Part shown: positions 24,301-36,747 of the stretch, piece after piece
How the letters are laid out: each line of letters opens with the position of its first letter
How positions within the stretch are numbered: position 1 is the stretch's first letter
NCBI GenBank assembly: GCA_020891255.1
Contig: BQFW01000012.1
Coordinates: 2,232,001 to 2,296,000 of the forward strand
Reading direction: 5' to 3'
Length of the DNA: 64,000 bases
Source of the DNA: Entomortierella parvispora E1425
Taxonomy: Eukaryota; Fungi; Mortierellomycota
Notes under the pieces: generated by a model
Told to the model about the DNA's origin: nothing
The model's input: the letters and a program-made list of their open reading frames with translations, nothing else
Databases searched by the model: none
Position numbers and translations under genes: made by a program

Positions 24301-25795
24301 CTACGACAGGTTAGTCTCCTGGTCCTCTCCGCTGGAGGTAAAGACGGGCTGATCTGCAACGCTTGGTGACGAGGCAGCCGAACTTGGGGCAGGGCTCTCT
24401 TCCCTGATGGGTTGGCGAGCGCGAGCCGCTGCTGCTGCCGCCGCTTGTTGTTGGTATCTCTGTCTTGCAGCTGCGGCCGCGTGTGCTCTCTCGCTGGATT
24501 GCTTCCATTGCTCCAGGGCTTCCATTCTCGCCTTTGCAATTCTGAGACCTTCCTCCGAAATATAAGAAAACACATAGGGTGACTCGGCACGGACGGATCC
24601 AGTCATGAGCACGCTCAGAACACAAGCTGGGGCGAGGAAGAGCAATGCTGGCTGAGAAACTTCCATGGTATGGAAAAGATAAAAGTATACGCCCAACCCG
24701 AGGATATATCCCGAAATGCAGCCCGTGAAGTAGGGTTTGCGGAAGGCGGTGGAGCGACCCAACTCTGGGTTCTTAGTCCCAGCACGGTGCTGGTCAAAAC
24801 GCAGGCAAAGCGCCACGAATAGACCAGGGATCACAATGTCGCCAAGATCAAGTGTCGCGAATTGAAGGGCCCGGCCTGCAGGCAGTCCAAAGAAGAGTTT
24901 AGGGAAAACCACCTGGAAGGGCAAGTCAAAGTTGTCAGAGATCGACTCCAACAGATTAGAGCCATAGGCCCAATAGAGATCAAAGAGGACGAATCCTCCC
25001 AGCAGAATCATTCCTGATCTGAAAGAGTCCAAATGCAGCGCTTGGATGGAGGCCAGCGCTAAGGAAAAAGCAAGAACGTTGGACGCGATCCAGTTCTTGG
25101 TGGCAACGTAATAGGCAGTCAACATGATGGAGACCACGAGCACGGTCAGGTGGACGATCGTGAATCTGGCCGAGTAAAAGTCTAGCGGACAAAATGCCTG
25201 ATCAGCAAGGGTTTGACAGAGAATATACATGACAAACAATGTTGAACTTTTGTTCAATTACCTCCAGTCTTCTTTGCCAGGTTAAGGTGCCATCTCTCCA
25301 GTTTGATCCCGAGCACCTTCAAAACGGGGCTGAGTGTGTTGACTCCGACTTGTGTGGTTGCCAGTGCACCCATCAAGGCAACGTACGACACCAAAGCGAA
25401 GTTGACATATGCTTTTTCCAAGTAGTTGAAAGCCAAATGAAGCCCATACAGTCCTAATGATCCTAGAATAGGCATCAGAATAGTGCCTCCACTTGACACA
25501 GTTTCTGGGGTTGTGTCCTCGTCCTCGTCAGGGTCGTTGATCTGCCCCTTGATTGCTTTCTTTTCCTTGGGGTTCTATGTTGTTGATCCAAGATATCGAC
25601 ATATGAGAGATCTATTCTTCGTCATCGGATATCCTAACAGATGTTCTTAACTCCCTCAAGACATACCTTCCACTTTTTCAGAGAGGCGAAAGCTCCAAAG
25701 TAGATGGGCAAGATTGCCATCGTGGCAAGGGCGGCGTAAGCCGTGTACATTCCCTGCTCGACCGCAGCTGGCGATGGCGTGTACTTATAACCCAT
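24301..25795 (-). CDS. Signal peptide peptidase-family (presenilin-type, peptidase A22B) intramembrane aspartyl protease with divergent motifs, about 440 aa
   Basis: Exons 25667-25795, 25262-25574, 24301-25181 (1323 nt). Multiple TM segments. Family motifs YVATKNWIASN, LFDLYW (YD site), LDLGDIVIPG (GxGD site) and QPALL. Confidence 0.9.
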
Positions 25796-26107
25796 GAGAG
25801 GCTTGTGGTTGCAGAGTTGGGTCTCGAGGGTTTGTTCCAGTCGGGGTCCTGGTAAATTGTCGCGTAAGTATGATGCGGCCGATGTTCCTCTGGCTTAGCA
25901 GATCTTGACCAAGTGTGGATGGATGGAGATGCCAGATGAGAGCGGGGACGGACACAAGTGGAAGGATGCATTTACACAGGTAGACCTTCTTCCAACGGCA
26001 GTCTTTCGATTGTGGAGGGTGATGCGCAGAAAGCAGTCGCACAAATAAAAAAAGCCGAGTGCCCCAAGGCCATGCAGCGAACTTCTTGACCGCCACCATT
26101 CGCAACA
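25796..26107. promoter_or_regulatory. Putative bidirectional promoter between SPP and MDE1
   Basis: Head-to-head start codons are only 312 nt apart. Confidence 0.6.
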
Positions 26108-27344
26108 ATGAGCTCGGACAGCCTCGTAATCTCCTCGGACAAGACCCACCCTGCCAACCTCATTCCAGAGCTCTGCCGCCTCTTCTACAAGGTCGGCTGG
26201 GTTACTGGCACAGGGTAAGAATGGAGAAGAACGGGCAGGAGGACAATCAACTTTTCCTCTACGAATCTGTCTTTGCTGACTTGTCTTGTTTTTCTCTTTC
26301 CATTGAACTCAACAGTGGTGGAATTAGCATTCGCAAAGAGTAGGTGTACTTGAAGTTTGGCAAAAATAGCGTTTGGTGGATCATCAGTGTCTCAATGGGG
26401 TATTGTAGCTAACCCATTTTGACGTCCATTAGTGAACATGTCTATATCGCACCGTCAGGTATCGAAAACGCGACATATCAGGACTTGGAGCATGAGCAGG
26501 AGAAGAAATTGCATCAAATCAGACAATAACAAGGAAAACCCCCCATCATCTTCATCGATCCTTCGTATTAGGTGTCCAAAAGGAGAGAATGCAGCCTGAG
26601 GACCTGTTCGTGCTCGAGCTTGCCAACAGGAACGTCTTGAGAAAGCCCTTGGTCTTGAAGCCCTCGGCCTGCACCCCTCTCTTCTACAACGCGTACACAA
26701 TGCGTAATGCTGGCGCCTGCATCCATACTCACTCTCAGCATGCTGTCATGGCGACCCTTCTCTACCCCGGCAAGGAGTTTGTGATTACTCACCAGGAGAT
26801 GATCAAGGGTATTCGCAAGGGAGTGTCCAAGGAGAACCTGCGTTACTTTGATCGTCTGGTGGTCCCCATTGTCGAAAACACGGCCGAGGAAGAGGATTTG
26901 ACCGACAGAATGGCCAAGGTACCGCCCATGTCAGGCTCAATTGATCAGAATACAAAGCTAGGATTGTACACTAACTGATTTTTGATACCAACATAGGCCA
27001 TGGAGGAATACCCTGATACCTGCGCCGTCCTTGTTCGTCGCCATGGTGTCTACGTTTGGGGTGGTAGGCGTCAACTATCATGAGCTGGAAGTGAAAGACA
27101 AGTCTTTTGGATTCGACTGCTCACCTTACACCTTTTTTATGAATAGAATCCTGGGAAAAGGCCAAGTGCATGGCAGAGTGCTATGACTACTTGTTCGAGA
27201 TTGCCGTCAAGATGAAGAGCATTGGCATTGGTAAGGCTGGACTTGATGGAATTTAACTGTACTAAGTCTTGCGATATGAAATTGACCTCCCTGTATCAAA
27301 TCCTATTAGATCCTGCTGAGAAGCCCGCTGATTCTCCCTACTAA
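26108..27344 (+). CDS. MDE1: Methylthioribulose-1-phosphate dehydratase (methionine salvage; mtnB/APIP family), 229 aa
   Basis: Seven exons: 26108-26214, 26316-26339, 26433-26458, 26572-26918, 26997-27063, 27147-27230, 27310-27344 (690 nt). Motifs [52 protein letters not shown] and [12 protein letters not shown]. Confidence 0.96.
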
Positions 27345-28372
27345 AGCGCACAATGTAATAATAAAAAAGTCGCCTTCTACCAAAGTGAAATTCACCCAGG
27401 AAACAGAACGTTTTGATCCGCGAGCTGACGGCGCTAAGTGACATCACCTGCGAGTATCTTCCGAAGAACCTTCACCGAGCAAACGTGGACTGCCCGTGCA
27501 GCGGTTTCAATTGCAAGATGCGCTAGGCTGGCGCTAGTTATTTGCTAGTGACATCGAACGGTTCAATGTTCAAGAATGAAAAATGATCAACAAAGTAGGC
27601 ACATTGTGTCTCTCCTTGTTATTGTTTCCAGAGACCAAGGCAATAGATTGTTTTACGATGATTATGTCTTATTCATTCTTACATAGATAAAACGATGGGC
27701 AACTCGTTAGATCTATGGATGGTTCCGACTTGTTCCACCGATGTCTGTGCACTATTGTGGCAAAATGATCCAGGGGCGCAACTTGAGTCGGCCGTCTTCG
27801 GAGATCGACACTCCCGCGTGCATGTATTCTCAATTGACATGAAACTAAAGGCCAACCTCTCGGGTGTGTCGAGGGGGCAAGAAAGACAAGTTGAGAAGAA
27901 AGCCCTTTACACTCCCCCCAGAAGCTTTGAGACGTCTGTAGAGAAGCCCCAGCACGTCATGAGATCGACCCACTGGATAAATTGATCCGGGACCTTTTGC
28001 GGGGGAAACACCGTCTCAGATGTGCTTTTTTTTTTATTTTTCTCCCTGGAAGAAGACCAGTGCAGGCGGATGAATGTGATCGGTGCGTGAGTAAATGAAT
28101 GAATGAATGAATGAACAAGAACCCCATGGCAGTGCATGCCCAACTTCCCTGAAACCGTGGGTGGGTGCATGCTTGCAGCTGCAGTTGAGCTCTTTATTTC
28201 AAAAGGCAAAGGCAGAACAAACTCCTTCCGCTCGGGGGAACGAGGGACCCCCGTCGATGACCCCGATGAAGTCATAAGGGCGAGGACGCTTAATTCGCTC
28301 CACTTGGTTTGAGTTGGCGCTTGGTTCAGTAACCATTTCTCGTTCGTTTTGTTGTCCGTGGAGAAGAACTGG

Positions 28373-28380
28373 TATAAAAG
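28373..28380 (+). promoter_or_regulatory. TATA-box-like element upstream of ALT1
   Basis: TATAAAAG lies about 170 nt before the ATG and is followed by a CT-rich leader. Confidence 0.5.
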
Positions 28381-28551
28381 GAACATTCGCCTTCCTTCCT
28401 CCCCTTCTCTCAACTCTTGTTTACTCTTTTCACTCTTTCAACTCTCAACCTCCTCGTTCACTCTTCCCACGCCAATTGCTCCTTTACTCGAACATATCCC
28501 CTTGCCTCTTTACCCCACAATACAACACACAGTATCCACCCCCATAACAGC

Positions 28552-30477
28552 ATGATGACCAGCACCTCCAACAAAAAAATTCTCACCCGGGACAACATGA
28601 ACCCCCGTATTCTAAAGGCTGAATACGCCGTTCGCGGTGAACTCGCCATCCGGTCCGAACAGATTAAAACCGTACGTCTGTATCATTATGGTCTTCGGTT
28701 TTTTTTCTCCTTCTTCAAACGATCGACCGCACTGTGGCGATGATGAGATTGTGGAGCAAAAATTAATGCGAAGAAGTCAGAGAGCTGGCAACCAAGATTT
28801 CCGGTTCCTGAGAGCTTGGCACGCAAAACGAGTCATCGACGGACACGACGATTTCCGAGAGACGTACACTAACCCCTGCTTTCTCCTCCATCTCTATTGA
28901 ATGTCGACCATTAGGAGCTGGCTCAAGGCGCCACCTTTCCCTTCAAGAAGGTGGTCGCTTGCAATATTGGAAACCCTCAAGCTCTTAATCAAAAACCCGT
29001 CACTTTCTTCCGTCAGGTAAAGAAAGAAAAAGAAAAAAAGAATGGCGCTAAGAAAGAAGGGTGAACAAAAAAAATGCCGCAACGGACCATCTAACCCCTT
29101 TGACCCTCCCCATAACAGGTTGCATCGCTCGTTGAATACCCAGATCTCCTCAAAGATGAGAATGCAGAGTTGACATCGAAGCTCTACCCAAGCGATGCTA
29201 TCACACGCGCAAAGCTCTTATTGAAGAACATTGGATCCGTGGGTGCCTACTCTCATTCTCAGGGTATCCCTCTGATCCGCGAGAACGTAGCAAAGTTCAT
29301 CTCTGAAAGAGATGGATACCCCAGTGATCCCTCAAAGATCTTTTTGACCCAAGGCGCCTCGGCTGGTGTCCAATTGACGCTGCAGATGATTGTAGAGAAC
29401 AGCAAGGTCGGCATCATGATCCCGATTCCTCAATACCCACTCTACACCGCCACCTTGGCTGTTTTGGACGCACACCCTGTGCCATACTATTTGGATGAGT
29501 CTAAGGGCTGGGGCCTCACTGTAAGTTTCCAATGACCCATGAAGCGATTCCGGCACACCATTGGAGACTCGCTGAAGAGACCATTGAAATCTAACTGCAT
29601 CCACTTTTTTTTTTTTTTTTTTTTTTACCAGACCCATGAACTCCAGCGCTCCTATGATGAGGCAGCCAAGAATGGAATCGATACGCGCGCACTTGTGATC
29701 ATCAATCCAGGCAACCCGACAGGACAGTGTCTGACAGAGTCCAACATGCGGGAGATTATCGAATTTGCGAAAAAGAACAGGATCATCCTCTTGGCAGATG
29801 AGGTTTACCAGACAAACATTTATCAACCTGAGGAGCGACCCTTCCATTCATTCAAGAAGGTGCTCAAGTCGATGGGACCAGACTACGAGGGTTTCGAGAT
29901 GATCTCATTCCACTCCATCTCCAAGGGTATGATTGGCGAGTGTGGTCGCCGTGGTGGTTACTTTGAGTGCGAAGGTCTGGACAAATCCATCCTGGAGCAG
30001 ATCTACAAGATCTCTTCCATCAGTCTTTGTCCTAACGTTCAAGGACAGATCATGGTGGATCTCATGGTCAATCCCCCCAAGAAGGGTGATCCCTCGTATG
30101 ATCAATACCAACAAGAGTACGACGCCATCTACAAATCCTTGATCAAGCGCGCCCTGATCCTGGAGAAAACCTTTAACGCTTTGGAAGGATGCACCTGCAA
30201 CTCTGCAGACGGCGCCATGTATCTGTTCCCCCAGATCCGCTTGCCAAGAAAGGCCATTGAAGCAGCGCACGCCGCCAAGAGAACGCCAGATGAGTTTTAC
30301 TGCATGGCCATGTTGGAGGCCACAGGTGTCTGCGTTGTCGCGGGTTCAGGTTTCGGTCAGGTGGACGGAACGGCCCATTTCCGAAGCACGTTCTTGCCTC
30401 AGCCTGAACTCTTTGACGAGTTTTGTTCGGGTATCAAGGCCTTCCACGCCAACTTCATGGACAAGTACAGGGATTAA
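28552..30477 (+). CDS. ALT1: Alanine aminotransferase (PLP-dependent, class I/II), about 489 aa
   Basis: Exons 28552-28671, 28915-29016, 29119-29520, 29632-30477 (1470 nt). Motifs AEYAVRGE, CNIGNPQ, GAYSHSQG, PIPQYPLY, IINPGNPTG, ADEVYQ and SFHSISKG...ECGRRGGY (PLP lysine). Confidence 0.96.
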
Positions 30478-30576
30478 GAAGCCAACAGACTTTCCGCCTG
30501 ACTTGAATACACAGTTGAAAATAAACATGCATTGTCCTAGAATCTCCAATAGTTTACTTCTACTTTTTTTGAAGAC

Positions 30577-31537
30577 TCATTGATTCTCCAGAACTATTTG
30601 AGAAGCATGCGGTAACGACAAACCCACAGCTTGTCCAGTAAAACTGAGCCAGGTCGACACATAACTGTCTAAAAAGGACCTTGAGCGATCTTGTTCCTGG
30701 TTCTTGAGAATTGTCTCCATCAAGGAGACGGTTTCGCAGGGGTGCATGTAAAAATAGGGAACGTTCAAGATCGGGTGGTCTTGTTGAGATATCCCTCCAC
30801 TTAGACCGGCGTTTCGGACACTGGATCGCCATGCTTCTGGGACTAATGACTCGTAGATCTCTTCCAAGGAAATAGCTCTCCCATCTGAACAAAGAAAAAA
30901 GGAATCGAGGGAATAAAAATGAGTTTCTAGGCCTCATCCAAAAAGAAAACGAGGGTTCCTTTTTTTCCACATACCGGGTCGGAAGGCGTTGAAGTAGAGG
31001 ACGGGCACTTGATAGCTTGGCGAAAAGATAATGTGATAGGAAACAGACAGATACGCGTCTGTGGGTTTCTCCTCCGCAACCGCAGGGTCTGTGATCTCGG
31101 AAACCTGTTCATCTTCCTCACTCAAGATGTGCCCGTACTCGCCCGAGAGGTCGTCCAAGAGTGCCTGGGTTCCATGGTCAAGCTGCTGAGGAGGACGGTG
31201 GAACTTGGTCTGGTCTGCCGTTATTTGCGTCATGGAGAGGTAGCTCTGTGCCGGCCGACCCATGCTGGACTTGTCGAGGTTAAAAAAAAGACGAAGAATG
31301 GAAAAAAAAAAAAAAAAAAAAAAAACACGGTCAGAACGCGTCAGTTTGCGGAAGAGAGCAAACGACTCTTTTACGTCTGGAGGGTCTGGAGGGTCAGAGG
31401 GGCTCCTCGCTTACGGGATGCTGAATCAAAGTCCATGGGGCATGTAGTTTTGTTTGGAGGAGGAATGCGTGTATGGCAGCATCAAAATCAGCACGCGAGA
31501 GTCTTGCTGATGGCGGCGAGATTTCCTGGGGCGACAT
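30577..31537 (-). CDS. ATG10: Autophagy E2-like conjugating enzyme Atg10, about 233 aa
   Basis: Exons 31415-31537, 30975-31245, 30577-30884 (702 nt). Motifs YHIIFSPSYQVPVLYFN and ISQQDHPILNVPYFYMHPCET (catalytic HPC). Confidence 0.9.
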
Positions 31538-32281
31538 TGCAGCCAAGGGAGATAGATGAGAGTGAGTGAGTGAATGGAGGAATGGAATGAATGTGACACA
31601 TGGGCAAAGACGATGTTCTCGCTCTTGGGAAGGTGGGCTGAGCCACAGTGGATGGTCCATGTTGCCACCAACAAGCGGCTGCCCTGTTCTGGCGATGACA
31701 ACAAAGACCGTGCGGACGGGAATGAATCCTTCAAAGCTGCAGTATCAGGCCCGATGCAGGACCAGGGGCAGTCGGTCTGTTTGCTTGCTTGTTTAGCCTG
31801 CTCGCTTGGTCGAGTCGGGGTCGTGTCTGGTCGAGTCGAGTCGTCGAGTCGATGCTGGTGCAGACGGGAATGAATGGCCCATGGCGTGTGCCCTTCGTCA
31901 CAGTGACAGACAGACACAGGGGATGGCAGAATGGTGCTTCCTCCCCAGCATCCTTCTCTCTCTCCCTCTTCTCTCTCTCGTCTGTCCTCCTCGTTGCAGT
32001 TGCTTCCAGGGCCCTTTCCCTTTCTCCCCTTCTCTTGACTCTTCTCCCCCTTCTTTGCTTGCAGCGAGGCTCTCAGTGCCGTCAATTGCTCTTCATTTCA
32101 AGCTCGTGGGTGGATTATCTGGCGTCTATAGTCCCTTTTAATCTCTTCAAGGGAACCGCGTCCTTCACGCTCTGCTTTTTTGTCTCTTCACAACCGCCTT
32201 CCCCATTCCGTTGCATCTGCACTCCATCTCATCTTCCTCTTCATTCAGGAACCGACCTTGCGCTAAAGGTCATCTCTCACA

Positions 32282-35200
32282 ATGGACAATGCACTGCAGG
32301 CTCCCTTCCATGGACCCGAGTATGCTCTTCTTTTCCAGTTTGATGGCCCTTGGCGACTTTAAACTCCATGGAGAACCATGCGTGCCAACATGCATGTTCA
32401 CTGCATCCCTTCTTTCCACTTAGGTCGTCCCGAGCGTTTCTTGATGCAGTGAGCGAGGCAACCAGACACGGCTCTGCACCGTTCAACGGTAACGTTTCCT
32501 TGTTCATGAATGAAAGAATAGACCACTCGTCGGGGCTGTGCGCCGCCTGGAACAGAACTTTATCTATGCGCGCCATGCATCTCAGCCTCCTGGGCAAAGC
32601 AGCGGCGAATGCTCTTCTACTCACTCTCCGCCCTGGTGTTGCATGAGGAGTCACTGTAAACATCCACGACCCGCAAGGACCTGGAAAAGGGAGGAGAGGA
32701 GACCCAGATGATGCTTGGGGGTCTTTTTCTCTCCCTTCACTCTCGTCGTGTTGCACCCGAATATCCTCTCCAACAATCCACTCAGTCAAACAAAGGGAGC
32801 GGTCGGGGTCAAGAAACTGAAAACGAAAAACTAAAGACCAAGGTCATCAATGCTCAACTGACACGCGCTTTCTTCCACCTTTGCTCTCTTGTCTGCTTTA
32901 GCCCCCGCTGCCACGGACAACACATCGGGACTCAAGACCCAACTGGCCATCTCTATCACGCTGGGCCTTGGCTCCTTTCTGACGTTTTGTGTCCTCCGCA
33001 CGCGATGGACAGTCATGTTTGCACCACGAACTAATTTGAGAAGGTTCGTTGCTACAAGGAAAAACAACAGGAAACACAGGATTAGCAAATACACAGCTTA
33101 AGGATCAAGGAACAAATTTGTGGACATGGAAGAATTAGAGCCGCTAACCGCGTTCAGATGGGCTGTTATCTCTCCCTCTTTGTTATATGCTGTAGACATA
33201 CGCCACCTGTCCTGTCCTCGACATTTTTCGGATGGATTCCGCAACTATTGCGAATTCCAGAGGCCGAGGTCCTGGAATGTGTTGGACTGGATGCTGTCAT
33301 GGCAAGTTGAAAAGCCAAATGGAGCTGGCCAACATCAGAAGCGTAAGCAATGTGATATCTAACCGCAAAATCGTTGTCTCGCTTAGATGCTTCGATTCTT
33401 TACGATGGCCGCAAAGCTCTTTGCGACATGTCTAATTCCTGGAATCCTCATCATCCTGCCTATCACAAGCTTTTCAACAGATGACAGCTCAACCAACGAC
33501 CCAAGGACAGGCGATCCTTCTTTGCCTGGCAAGGAGCCACGACCAGGGATGTCTCTCCTCTATCTCTTCACCCATTTTACCTTCACGTGGCTGTTCTCGT
33601 TGATCACCCTCTACGCGATATGGCACACGTATGAGGGCTACATTGCGATTCGTCGAGCCTACCTCTTGAAACGACACAAGTCCATTACCAACAGGACGAT
33701 TATGGTCGTAGGCTTACCGATTCATCTTCAAAGCGACCGGGCGCTGGCGACCTTTTACGAATCGCTGGATGTCGGAACAGTAGAGAGCGCCCACGTCTGT
33801 AGACATGTCACAGCTCTGAAGCGACTGATCGAGCAACGCGCTCATGCACTGAGGGCGTTGGAGAATGTCTACACGGATTATTACGGCAACCCATCCGGAT
33901 CCGTCGATTACGACCCCGAACAGATCATGACCGAAAATGACCGAACAGAACAGGAGAATGCTCAACCTGGTGAAAATATCCGCCGAGGCAGCAGTGGAGA
34001 AGCCGGGGCCAATGTGATTCGTGTCAATGGCAAGATCAAGAAGCGTCCAACCATTCGACTGGGTTTCTTGGGCATTTTCGGCAAGAAGGTGGACAAGATT
34101 GACTATTGCCGCGATGTCTTTGCAACACTGGACAAGGCTGTTCAGAAGCTTAGAATGTCACGCATCTTTGCGACAACCAGCATTGGATTTGTTACGTTCG
34201 AGGATATGCATGCTGCTGTGAGTTGACGTCTCCTTTTTGCTTACATCAAGATCTAATTGATGTGGAATGGTCGCCATTAACACGCTCAACTTGCTTACAA
34301 CCAAATAGCAAATCCTTGCTCAGACCGTCAACACCCAGGAGACTCTATCGTGCGAGACTACATTGGCACCAGAGCCAAGGGACGTGTACTGGGACAATTT
34401 GAATCTTCCGCCCAGTGAGCTTGGCGTACGGACAGTGGTCATCAACGTGATTGTCTTCTTTTTGATCTTTTTCTGGGCGGGACCAGTCGGTGTGTTTTCT
34501 TCCTTCCTGAGTTTGGCATCTCTGGACAAGATCTTTCCAGGAATCTCAAAGTTAGCAGGCGCGCATCCCCTGTTGAAATCTGTGATCCAAGGTTTCCTCC
34601 CCACAGTAGGAGTGATCATATTTTTGGCCGTGGTCCCCACGATTTTGTTGGCCCTCTGCAAGCGACAGGGCATCCAGTCGCACTCTGAGATTGCTCAATC
34701 CCTGTTCAACAAGTACTTTGTCTTCATCCTCTTCAATGTTGTCCTCGTCTTCACCATCGTCGGAACCTGGGCTCAGGCCGTGAACAAGGTCTACCATAAC
34801 CTAGGAGAGCTCACCTTGCTCCTGGCTGTGTCACTGCCAAGGGTCGCCCCTTTCTTTGTGAACTACACTATTCTGCGTGGTATTGGCCTCTTCCCGCTGC
34901 AGCTCTTGCAGATTGCCGATGTCTTCCGGCTTGTATTCCAAGGGTTCTTTTCAAAGACACCACGAGACTACGCTGAAGCCCGAGCACCCCCCGAGCTTCC
35001 CTATGGAATCGTCTACTCGAACGCGACCCTAGCCTTTGTGATCATTCTCATCTACTCTTGTATCAAGCCCTTGATCCTTGTCTTTGGCGTGATTTATTTC
35101 GCGATCGGCTACCTCGTTTTCAAGTACCAGCTATTGTACGTTTACTTTCACCCGAACGAATCTGGCGGCCAGACTTGGCCTATGGTCTATAACCGGATCA

Positions 35201-36498
35201 TGGTGGGTCTGCTCATTTTCCAAAATACGATGCTGGGCTTCTTCATGTTGAAACAGGCCTTTTTCTTTGGAGTGCTCATGGTTCCACTACCGGCCGGCAC
35301 ACTCTGGTTTTGGTACTGGACTACCAACATGTACAAGCTCACGGCAAGATATATCCCCTTGGAGTTGCTTCGACCCGCATATACGGAGGACGACGAGGAA
35401 CAAGGAGAAGAGCACCTTGAAGGCTATGATGAGGCCGTGGGTACATTGGTCAACAACTCACTGGCAGCTCTGGGATCAGGGGCGATCCTTGGCCAGGCCG
35501 CAGTCTTGGAGGCGGATGATCCAAAGAAGGCCAAGGCGAACAACAGCAGGCGGTCAGTGAATATTAGCAGTGAGGGAGAGTGTACGATCGATGTTGGGAA
35601 CAATATTGGCCAAATTGTAAGTGCAGTGCGACGCAAGCTACCGAAGAGTGTTGTAGACGACGATGACTACGAGGCTGTCCCGGATCGATTTACGGATTAC
35701 AGACAACCCCCCATGACACTTTACAACGGCGTTCTCAACTCTGGGATGCGACATTACTGCCACCCTGCTTTGGCCGGTCCTCTTCCGACCCTCTGGTTGC
35801 CACTTCGACGCGATGAGGGACCAGCAACGAATAACAGCAAACGATTGTCGACGACCGACGAAGAGTCTAGGGTCGAAGGATTTGGCCGTCGATCATCCGA
35901 GGGACCAGGCATTCTTGTAGGAACCCGAGATTCCGACCAGCCACAAACCTATGACCAGGCAGATAACCTAGTAGGTGGAGGACAGGATGAAAATCTTTCA
36001 GCGAGCCCAATGGATGAGAATCCGTTCATCTCTCAAGTCCTGGACCGTGCTGGTCAAGAGCCTGCTTCTCCTGCAGCTGCAGTTTTTGCTACAACGGTCG
36101 ACGACAGTGACAACTCAAGTGATGTCACAGGTGGACCAAGTCCTCCGGGCACGCCTACAGCTGAGGGAGGCGCAGATGCTAAGCGAAACCCTGCCGTGGA
36201 AGGCATCGCTGATGTATACTATCATCATCCAGAGAGGCGAATGTCTACTGCAAGTTCGTCTTCGAATCTGAGGCGAGGGTTCAGTGTCAGCAGCATGGGA
36301 CCGAGTAGCCCCGGAGGAGGAGTTGGCTCCGCACCACCAAGGTCGTTGCCTGCCCGAGGCTCAAGAGCCAGTTTGTTGAGGTTGAATTCATCCTCGTTGC
36401 CGTCCCATTCACCGGCATCTGCCGGTGCTCCCTCTACCTCTTCTTCCTCTGGAACTCCTCCACCATCTTCTTCTGCACCCACCACTTTTCGCCGATAA
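32282..36498 (+). CDS. CSC1/OSCA/TMEM63-family mechanosensitive Ca2+-permeable channel, about 1123 aa
   Basis: Exons 32282-32319, 32424-32488, 32902-33043, 33196-33301, 33387-34217, 34309-36498 (3372 nt). The first two exons are less certain. Motifs FFGWIPQL...GLDAVM|MLRFF, APEPRDVYWDNL, YFHPNESGGQTWP and YCHPALAGPLPTLWLP, with many TM helices. Confidence 0.93.
33302..33386 (+). other. Non-canonical GC-AG intron in the CSC1/OSCA gene
   Basis: Donor ATG|GCAAGT, CTAAC branch near 33359-33363, acceptor CTTAG|ATG. It is the only junction that keeps frame and the D-A-x-x-x-L-R-F spacing. Reading through hits TGA at 33308. Confidence 0.8.
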
Positions 36499-36747
36499 AA
36501 AAAAATAGGATTGCAATAAAAGAAAAATGAAGTAAAACTCCGGTGTCCTGCCACCATCCAAGTTCCCCTGGTTCCTAGAACGAGTCGATGGTTAATGGTA
36601 TTCTTTTTATTATAGTCGAGAAAGAAAAAGAAAATAATTCTTCCTCAATATGACCTGGTTTCCTGTTTGTTCAAGGGTACTTTTTCCTATCTTCTTCCTT
36701 TTTCCCTTTCCAGATGTCCCACCTTCGCAGATATGGAAGGGGGCGCC

